A stretch of 64,000 bases of DNA from Syncephalis fuscata S228 (Eukaryota; Fungi; Zoopagomycota). Position 1 is the first letter of the stretch. The number at the start of each line of letters is the position of its first letter. This document shows, piece by piece, positions 27,866-37,549 of this stretch. The translations under genes were made by a program, and so were the position numbers. The notes beneath the pieces were generated by a model, which was given only the letters and a program-made list of their open reading frames with translations, did not search any database and was not told the origin of the DNA. The stretch is taken from NCBI GenBank assembly GCA_025786725.1, contig JAHLTZ010000014.1, forward strand, positions 310,001-374,000, read 5' to 3'.

Positions 27866-29502
27866 TCACTCTCTCTCTTCTGCAATTAATTCCTGCATAA
27901 GTGTATCGATCGTGTCTCGATAAATCTATCAATCCATGTAAATTATCGTGTAAATAAATCATTTTTATACTATATATTACCTGAGTCTGAGTCTTTTTGG
28001 TAGTATGTACATTCTTTGCCCGGTAAGACCGGCGTCGTCGCTTATAATCTCGCTCTTCTACCATCTTTTGCAAAAATGACTGTTCTGACGAATTGTGCGA
28101 CTCTACTAAATCATTAATATTGCTGTATTCATTCTTAATCATACTTACCAGTAGTTGGTTTGTTTTCAGCAACAGTTATTAGATGACAGCAGACGTGTCA
28201 TGCATATCTTGCAACTGTCGAGCTATTGCTACAGTTCGGTTATAATCGTAACACGAGTTTCACTTTGCTGCTGTGATTGCATATGATTTTGCCTAACACC
28301 TAAATAAACATTTAATTCAGTTCAACATATGTAATATGGATACAATTACCGGTGCAACTGGATAGTAATGATCTATACAAACTGTATTGCTACTTGGTGT
28401 ATCAAGCAACTCGATTCCTTTTAAATCATCTGAAGTAGTGTTATTTAATTGAACTGTATATTATTCATTAGCTATAGTCAAATAGTTGCTATTATAAATT
28501 ACCTGTTGTGCTTTGTCTTCTGACGCTTTAATATTTGATAACAACAAATGCATAAAATCCCATAGCTCATAAACTATGCTACATGTTTCTAGAAACAATC
28601 AGTATATTATTGGATAACATATATATATCCCACGTACCTGAATGAAGGGTTGATTCCAAATAATTGTCAACTTGAGTTGCATTACAACCTTCATAGTTTA
28701 TCATTCGATCTAATTGGCAAGCTAGATTCATTGCATCTTGAGGTTTTAGCTGTATTTGTGGTGTAAACATTAGCCATCGATTAAGTAACCAGCCACGAAT
28801 TAATCCAGATGGAATAGCACATCTAGGAATTCTATTACAACAATTATAAATTACTCATACTACACATCAATATAAATCTTACGCAGAGAAGTATTCATCA
28901 GATAGTTTTCTATCTAAATTGACATTTTGATTCTGTGGTGACATTTGACTAAAGGCTATGTCAGTCATTATTACACAAACATGCACTTTGCTATTCTAGT
29001 GGCTTACTCAAGTAAAATGCTCATTCTTGTAGTCCCATCAGCCGCTACTAATGCATTGCCTATACCAATAATCAGCACATCCAAGTATAAACATTATCTT
29101 TTCTATTTACCTTTACGTAGAATTGTAACAACTTTTGGTGCAGTCTTATAAAACCATCTATTACTTGTGGACTAAACATTTGTTAATCGATTCAGGCTTT
29201 ATTTACATAAACGCCCACCTCTTGTTCAACTTTATGACAGCCCAGTTGCTTTTGCTCACACTCCCAGCAATGTCGGCTGAATATGGTCCGTGGCACTAAA
29301 TGGCCAGGATTAAAGGGACAGAAGAGCTTACCAGTCTAGTTACGACATGAATAAACTATACTATACAACAATATTAACTACTTGCCTGAGCTCGCGTTCT
29401 TTTCAAAGCCTCTTTATCGAATGTTTGTGTGTTCTGCTTTAGTTGCGATTGAGCTTGTTGAATGAATGCTTCAAGCTGCTTTAGTTGCGTGTTAACCTCC
29501 AT
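27866..29502 (-). CDS. SNRNP48: U11/U12 snRNP 48-kDa protein
   Basis: CHHC zinc finger CPFNPGHLVPRTIFSRHCWEC; family signature ERDYKRRRRSYRAKNVHTTKKTQTQIYRDTIDTLMQEL. Confidence 0.9.
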
Positions 29503-29644
29503 AGTCGATACAAATACTAATGCCAGTGTGCTAATACTAATCAAATACAAGTAAAAATAAAAATAAATTAAAACGCGATTCACCATTCGTTTAAAGCCGT
29601 TTTCTTTTGTGTAGTTGCCGCTATTTTAGTCCGCTTTGTTGGCT

Positions 29645-30946
29645 ATGACCCATCGTCGAGGTACGACGCATCATCGACGGAAGGTCTCCTGGTTCCTTCC
29701 GTTGCCAGCCACACGGACATCTGGTTCTTTCACCTCGCTAACGGCCAGTCTGATCGCCGTGTCCATCTACTGGTGTGTATCAGTTCTGGCCACTCTTATC
29801 AACAAGTGGTTGCTCAGCGCTAGTGAATTCAAATTTCCATTTCCGCATACCATAGCACTACTCCAGCTTATATATGCTATCGTTCTATTAACTGTGCTAA
29901 AACGCTTGCAAATATGGTAAGTTAATTTAAAGAATCAGCATAGCTATGTTTATTGACAGCAATACGCGTATATAGGTCGAGTCCTACGGCACAGTGGAAT
30001 TCAGGCGCAATCACTATGCGGCGCTTATGGCCTCTAGCGGCTACATATGCTCTAATGCTTACGGCAAATAACATGGCACTTAAATATCTTTGTTTGGCGT
30101 CTTATCAGGCAAGTTAGATGTTGAATTTATTTATTTAGTATAATAATACCTATTTGATACAGATGGTCAGATGCGCAAGCGTTGGCTTTGTGCTAGTCTT
30201 TACTCCATTTATATTAAATAGAGAAGCATTGCCATTGAATATAGTAGCAGCAGTGCTTTCAATTCTAAGTGGTAGCATTGTATGGATGTCAGAAACAGTA
30301 TTTACGGGTATAGGACTATTATACGCATTAGTGACGAGTGTTAGTATAGCACTCTATAGTCTATACGCTAGACAAATACTTTATACATTCGATTATCCAG
30401 TTATGTAAGTATAAATAGTATAATAGCATACTATGGTTAATAATTAGCCTTTAAATAATTCAGTTATGTTTATTATCGCTGTATTATTATTGCCGTAATG
30501 CTTATTGCAATGGTCGTTGTGACCTCAGGTGAATTAGTGGGCGTATTTAATACTTACTTTATCGGCTCCCCTGGATTTTGGTTAATTACCGGTATATTGG
30601 CAACACAGGACTTGTAACCGCAATATCGCTACTACTTGTTTTACAAACAACAAATCCCATTATCAGTGCTACAGCATCAATTGTTAAGGTAGTTGTTACT
30701 TTTTTGTAATATAGCAGATAAGTTAATAATTAATATCTATTTAGCTCTTTTTACAAAACTTTTTGGTCGCTTTTCTTTTTGGTAATCCTATTGAATGGAC
30801 GGTAATTTACATTGCATAAATCTAAATTTTTAAGCTAATTTACTTTTATTATGTTTATGTAGCATTATGTCGGGTTTTTAATAGCCATAGGAGGATTTAT
30901 ACTAAGCCTTTATGGACAAAGACATGAAAGGCCTAAATCGGGCTAG
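29645..30946 (+). CDS. Nucleotide-sugar / triose-phosphate (DMT, SLC35-like) transporter
   Basis: YWCVSVLATLINKWLLS..FKFPFPHTIALLQL, NNMALKYL...YQMVRC, many hydrophobic segments. Confidence 0.8.
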
Positions 30947-30957
30947 CCAGTCTAGTA

Positions 30958-32424
30958 TTATGGCGCCTGCAACTGATGTGCGCCACAAGTAACACGATAT
31001 CGATCTTGGAATGCATCCAAGTCAACATAGGTGCCTCTTAAGTGGCGGTGCCCAGAATTGGCATCAAAAGCACGTCGGCCGTGGAGTACACGCCTATTGG
31101 CAAATATTGCACATTGTCCTTTTTGTAATGTGTACTCGATTTTCATACCATCTTCCTGTAGAATAGATTCAAAATGATTAAATGCTCGGTAAAAATCTTT
31201 TTGTATATGTTTATCGGCAATTTCTAACATGCCTTGAAATGGTGGTGCGTAATTAACCATAAGTGGTGAGTTTTGTGCCATAAAGCCAAGTGTACGTGCT
31301 GAATTAGACAACGACGACGATGAAGCCGATGTTGGTTCGTCAGTAGCAATAATTGTTGGACGGCGGAATTGTAAATGATGTCCATCGTTTTGATAATGAA
31401 AAGTAACGGGTACTGAGCGTAATATATCAAAATCTGTCGGCGATCGCGCTCGTAGCTCATAAGCAGCACGATAAGCATCGGCAAATACACTTGACCCACC
31501 ATTCACCGAATTAGCTAAACAATGCAACAATTGCAGACCAGGTGGTGACTCGAAATACAGCAAATCCATATGAAGATCAAGATCAACGTCTGTATAGGCA
31601 ATATTCGTCGCTTGTGGCACACTACGTACATCCCAACTACGCCATAGAATGTCTCGCGGATAGGACCAAATTGTTTAGCCACTTTTTCTACTTGTTGTAA
31701 CTCATTCGGTACATCATCAATAAAACATAAACCATATCGAGCTAGTAGGTGTAAGCAGCGACGTAATCCCGCTGCCGTATTATTAATTAAATCGCTATAA
31801 TTAACCCATAGCTGTGTAAAATCTATATTATTTGATCGCCAAAATACTGGTTTTTCAAGTAAATTGGTGACAGTATTCGGATATGACATTGCCGTCATTA
31901 GCGCTGAAAGTGAATAATGGCTCACGTGGTCACCCGATCTATTAATAAGATCATGAGACCATACAACCTGTAATGTATCTTCTGCCGTAAGGCTTATACG
32001 TTTTGGGCGGATATCGGCAGGTATATTGCCGCTCGAGTGCATCTTTTGCCGATGGTCAGTATGGATGCAAATAGGACATGGACAATGGTCGCGTAACCAA
32101 ACGTGGCTGTACTCTACTTCATGGCGACGGCCATCCTTTTGTAAACTAAGCCGTAGTGCATTATTATCATAATCAATACTATCAACTATAATTCTATTAG
32201 CTACTACTGGTGATGAAGTCGTTGCTGTTGAAGGTAATGGCTGTTGTTGTCGTGGTGATTCTTTAATACTAGTGCTAGTACTAGCTTTAATACTACTATT
32301 GCTTGTTGAATAAGAGTAGTATTGCAATTCATTAATAGAACGCGGAAATAAACGCTGACAATGAGTAATTCTTCGACTAGGCCATTTGCCTGTCGCCCAA
32401 AGTAATCAGAGTACGCGAGAACAT
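30958..32424 (-). CDS. Gamma-butyrobetaine/trimethyllysine-type Fe(II)/2OG dioxygenase, intronless
   Basis: WLRDHCPCPIC zinc motif, NIAYT..LDLHMDLLYFESPPGLQLLHC (HxD), IFANRRVLHGR. Two ORFs joined by a 1-bp deletion near 31641 (GGC[C]GT restores FYGRSWDV). Start uncertain: ATG 32424 needs another frame fix and would give a mitochondrial-presequence-like N-terminus. Confidence 0.88.
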
Positions 32425-32556
32425 AATTCAAAGTGGTAGTCGAGAAGAGTAAGGGAAGACGAGTGTAGCATCGCTATTTCTTTTTATGTAAAAAGCCGTC
32501 AAATGAAACTCATTTCGGTCTTAAATTTATCCGATTGATCAGATTTAATTTATTAT

Positions 32557-32940
32557 AATGACTACTTTTAATAAATATTCACACATTTAAACATTCAAAT
32601 CTATTGAACATGATGATAGATAGTGAGTGACATGAATCATTAAATACTTATCATCATAGATTCATTATCCAGTATGCATATATACTCTATTCATACATAT
32701 CATTCCCATTTTATACATAAACTACTATGTATCATTCTATAATATATTAGACATGTTTTATTATTTTATACTTAATATACTTCACTCGCTTCACTCATTG
32801 TATTATATGCACTATAATCTCAACATCATTTTATATACTTTGTTACCGTACATTTATCATTGTATGTAGCATTCTATACTTGCATAGTCTTTCTGTATCA
32901 AAAACTGTTTTTATTTTTGCTCTAGCACTATTATTAATAG
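32557..32940 (-). repeat. Dispersed non-coding repeat R2, copy 1
   Basis: Reverse complement matches 58381-58770 and 36280-36510; core ATATGCATACTGGATAATRAATCTA...GTATTT...CATCATGTTYAATA. Confidence 0.85.
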
Positions 32941-33507
32941 ATGGCGACTAATCTCGCTCAGCTTGCCCATTAGACTATATTTATTTATTTAATTGATAAA
33001 AGAAATAATATGTATAAAAATATTGGAATACAAGCAATTCACTGAGTGATGCATCACATTATTGCATTATTCAATGTAAATCTTGCAAAACATTTTATAT
33101 GGGATCATTTAATGAATGCTATACTCAAATTGACTTGTGTCAGTGACTAATACAATATCTTTTTACAAGTTTGATATCAATACATCTGCATGATTAACAT
33201 TTGTTAGTCACTAGATGCAAATCAAACAATTGTATACCTAATAGCTTGATTACATACAATTAAAACAAAATCATGCATTTATTACTAAAAGTCTGCATAG
33301 CCGAATAGGCACAACTAAATGCAAGCTTGCTAACAATGTAAAAACATGATTAAAAGCTGAATAGCCCGGGCATTGGTTGGAACTTGATATGTGCATGAAC
33401 TAGGCGGTAGTTGTCAAATGGTCTTGATTATTGTCGAATGCATACCTAAAGTATATAGAACTAGTAGTCCAACTATACCATCAATGCTAATGTTTTGAGA
33501 ATTGTGG

Positions 33508-34719
33508 TTATTCTATGTTTATAAATATGTACAACGTATAATATATGATTAGTGCATAAATAAAAAATATACAAAGCCACTTACAAGCTATTAATGTCAG
33601 ATTATTAAATAAAGTATATAGCACGTGTTTAGTATATATTTAGTTGATATACAGCATCACTTACATTCTATTAATACAAGTCATTGAACATAAAAAATGC
33701 ATGAAATACGTTTAATACGTAGTTAATTGGTATACAACGTTACTTACCGCCTAGTGATGCAGATTATTAAAAATACAAAAAGCATGGTATATGTTTAATA
33801 CGTAGCTAATTTATAAACGATACTACTTACCAGCTATTAGTGTCAGATTATTGAACACATAAAGTGTATGGCGTGTAATTAGCAAATATTTGATTAATAT
33901 ACAATACTATTTACCACCTATTAACATCAAGTTATTGAACATACAAAGCGTATGGTATATGTTTAGTGCATAGTTAATTGATATACAACGCCACTTACGA
34001 CCTATTAATACAGGTTATCAAACGCATAAAGTGTATGGCATATGTTTAATAAATAGCTGGCCAATATACAATGCCACTTACCAACCATTGGTGTCAGCTT
34101 ATTAGACACACATAGCGTATGGCATATGCTTAGTAAATAGTCAATTAGTATATAATGTCACTTACAGCCTATCAATGCAGACTATTAAGCATACAAATGT
34201 ATGGCATATATTTAGTTTACAATTAGTTAATATATAATGCTACTTACGATCTAGTAATGTCAATTTGGTAATTTAGATGTTATTTAATTAGCTAAGTAAC
34301 TAATAAATTTCATTGTGATCTACCTCCTATTGTTGCAAATCCAGTACATCGGTATTTTTAATATAGTATTTTATTTATTTAATGCTAAACTTACTTTTAG
34401 CTAATGGTGCTGATTTACCCATTACACATTAACAAGCAGTCATTAATTAGCATAGCAATAAACACAAACTTCCAAGACTTACAGACTGGTTACATGCATA
34501 TAACAACATAGTATAAGTGATAGAACAGCGGCCCATATTCACGACTTACCGTCTAATGTCATAATTAGTTAACCATAATGTCAATTGACACATCAATTAA
34601 TATATTTATTCTAACTGCAACATACCACGACGGATTATATTTGGCCTAGCATCCACTATGGCTGTACTGGCTACAAAAGCCACGACGAAGGTGCAGACGA
34701 CGGCAATGGAAAGCTTCAT
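33508..34719 (-). CDS. Micro-exon secreted-peptide gene, copy C: signal/pro-peptide exon, 13 micro-exons, terminal NN-TAA exon
   Basis: Exon 1 is 34719-34626 (MKLSIAVVCTFVVAFVASTAIVDARPNIIRR+G). Micro-exons: ACG 34552-50, TCT 34485-83, CTAAAA 34400-395, GAG 34326-24, ATC 34250-48, GCT 34168-66, TTG 34084-82 (acceptor GG), GTC 34001-33999, GTG 33917-15, CTG 33833-31, GCG 33750-48, AAT 33667-65, CTT 33587-85. Last exon AA TAA 33512-08. Full inclusion gives ...RR-DVSKRDRFGRAGES* (DVSKRDRCRAGES* without TTG). Confidence 0.75.
33585..34250 (-). repeat. Degenerate tandem array, eight 80-84-bp periods; unit = 3-nt exon + intron
   Basis: Micro-exon starts are spaced 82, 84, 83, 84, 84, 83, 83, 80 nt. 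Unit consensus is roughly NNN GTAAGTRRCATTGTATAT...CTAT...CTAAACATATRCCATAC...TATG...AATAA.CTG...TAATAG. Confidence 0.92.
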
Positions 34720-36279
34720 GGTGATATTGATTTGTTAAGAAAACAAATAGAATAAACAAAAGAGTGTTTAGTGTAAAATAGATAGTAGTAGGTATTTGGC
34801 AGAAAATAGAGTGTGGTGGTGATACCGTTAGTTAGTTGTATGTATTGTATGGGCTATTTAAGTCTATGATTATATTGAGGTATCAGTATGCTGTATTGTA
34901 TGCTCGATACCATTGATGTACAGTGTAAACCAATAACAGCACATTCACATGGTGGCTTGATGCATACGTATACCAACATATCAATGATGTAATTTTATGC
35001 TGCCCAATCTTTACTTCAATCTGCTCAGCAATTACACAGATGACGTGGCAATGTCAATTAACCAGTACACATGCGATAGAAATGTACTAATTAATTTTTA
35101 CAATGATGCTACACAATTTAAACCATGCGGTGCAAAACGAATCCATTGATCCTACAGAAGTAGTGATAATGTATCGCTGTGTCTTTGCTGTTGCTTTCAT
35201 TAGCAATTTCAATCCCAATATCTGCGTATATTGAAAATAACGTTTAATGCCGATACAACAGCAATAATGCTGCATTGATCTTGTGCTTTTCTACAGATAC
35301 ATATTGTGATGCATAAACTAGTTATAGTTCATTAAGCATGAAATATACCAATTCGTTTTTTCCCATGCACTCGATTAAGCATTGTAGTTTTGATACATGA
35401 ATGAACATTTTGTTTTAACGCAGCACCGTCAATTGTTGATTTAAGTATTATTGTTAACAATTGACTGTTGCATAGCGGCATTTTTTGATAATAAAGCATT
35501 GAGCTCAAGTATGGATACCATCAATTGTTTGATTGTAAGTAGTTTAGAAATACTAAACGGTACCTATCAGGTCGTCTTAGTTGTATACAATCAATTCCGA
35601 GTGTACAGCAACAACGCACGATATATCAACCAGCGGCAACTCTGGTGTACAAATAAGTCATTTGGTAATGATGAGAATGACTATTATAGATGCACACATC
35701 AAAATTGTACTAGGACAAACTGTAAAATCGGAATTTAGCAGTGATGAATTTATATACGCTTTTACCGGTCTATGAACCAATGATAATATATTGCCCCAGC
35801 CTTAAAATTAAGGCTATTCATCAAAAATATCATTTTTATCATTTAATGTTGCAATTATGTGCAAATTATCACACAGGTAGCATGTTTTCAATATAAATAC
35901 ACATATGACTGACTGTCTTTTAATAAAGTATTGATCGTTGTAGCTAGTATTATTTATTTCTACTTGTTTAACTATTATAATGATGTATTTAATAGCTAAC
36001 TAATGAAACACTTCTTTAGTTGCAATCTAAATTGCAGAAATCTTTTTTATTTTAATAGTTTGTAGGCAATAAAGCATAAAGATATAAAAGACTATGAATA
36101 AGTAGATGAGTGTGCATAAATATTGGCAGTAAAGTTACAATGTACATGGCAGCAAGAATGAGTGAAATGAATTGATACATGAAATAAATACAGTTATGAA
36201 TAAACAACAGCTGTTGCTAATAGTGCGATCATTAGACGATATTATAACATATAATAGGATGAATATATAATGAAACAAA

Positions 36280-36510
36280 TTGATGAGTTAAAGTTTATAA
36301 ACAATAAAATGTATTTAATATAATATAGAATAGAATAGAAGATATAAGAATAGAGATATATGCATACTGGATAATAAATCTACAATGATGAGTATTTGCT
36401 GATTGATGTACTCACCACTCATCATCATGTTTAATAAATTGGATGTTATTAAATATTAGTCATTTGGCTATCAAATTATAATATATTTAATAATCAAAAT
36501 AGTCATTTTT
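36280..36510 (+). repeat. Dispersed non-coding repeat R2, copy 2 (inverted relative to copy 1)
   Basis: ATATGCATACTGGATAATAAATCTACAATGATGAGTATTTGCTGATTGATGTACTCACCACTCATCATCATGTTTAATAAATTGGATGTTATT. Confidence 0.85.
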
Positions 36511-37549
36511 ACAGATTTATTATAATGTACGTATAATAGCACAGCTAACTACAATTGCGTGTAGTTAAGAGTATGTTTATTTGAATACAAAAAACTAAAT
36601 TTAAGACAAAGCAAACCAAACTTTACTCCTCAAACTCTTTCATTAATATAGGTATAGATAAAACTCCGCTAGTCCATACATGTCTACGTACCTCGTATCA
36701 TAATCGCTAGCCGTGATATGCTTCCTAGAGTGCTATTTATTTCCATACAGCTGTTGCATCTTAATTATATATTAAATTATTTAAAATTATGAATTTATTT
36801 TGTCAATATGTATTTAATTGCAAAACGCTACATACTATGTTGATATAATACTAGTTAGCTTATTTGTAATTATTTTGGACTCTTACAAATTATAAAAGCT
36901 ATTATTTTTATTGAATACAATTTAATTTAAGCATTAACTACGCAATGCAATACCGGTATGCTATTGGACAATCTATGTAGTATACTCTGCACTAAAAGAC
37001 TATTAAAGCAACTAATAAAGTGAACCAAAACAAAGCTATAACATATGATGCTACGCCATATTTATTTATTATTGAATTAATTATTATTTAACGAATTGAA
37101 CAAGGATTGATTTTAATTTTATACACTAATACTATTAATACAATATCAATATATATATATAATCTGAGTTATTTACATTCTAAGCTATTTAGCTACTGAT
37201 ATTTAAAGTGTGCAAAACGTAGTATGATATTCAGCAATAACGCCCATAATTTTGGTATAAATTATACAACATTTCAAATTACAAGCTGTTTGTATTAGTG
37301 CTAAAATATTATTTAATTTATTTTTGATATCAATGACGTAAAACGTAATATACAGATTAGTTTTTGTATTAATGTTCTCCTGAATTGAACTGCCAAGTGT
37401 ACAAACATTTGAAATCAAATTGAATTGGTGGTATTAAAAATAAAACAATCGAGTCAAGTTCATAGCAGCGTCACTCTTATTGTTTTAGTTACTTCGACCA
37501 GTGGCAGGAAACAGCAGCAGTATTTTCTGCACCTGTTTCTACTTTCATC

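Larger units (their letters stand above)
33340..35620 (-). repeat. Dispersed cassette copy C (contains the best-preserved micro-exon gene)
   Basis: Homologous to copies A and B upstream of the ATG and to copy B downstream of the stop. Boundaries approximate. Confidence 0.85.

Noticed and set aside
27866-29502. USSE (tandem U12 5'-splice-site enhancer) known from SNRNP48 genes
   Set aside because: Only a single GTATCCAT (near 28337-28343) was seen; no tandem pair found by eye.
33585-34250. The 83-bp array as a CRISPR array or plain minisatellite
   Set aside because: Eukaryotic context, no repeat/unique-spacer structure and no cas genes. The best-conserved positions are splice signals exactly 3 nt apart, and the array follows a signal-peptide exon.
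36380-36430. R2 core as a C/D snoRNA (ATGATGA, CTGA)
   Set aside because: The boxes are not conserved in all three copies and there is no terminal D box; it behaves like a dispersed DNA repeat.
35087-37418. Short ORFs in the AT-rich gap (35087-35275, 35451-35738, 35581-35775, 37203-37418) as transposase or effector genes
   Set aside because: No motifs; where the same DNA occurs in cassette copy B, the ORF track shows no corresponding ORF.
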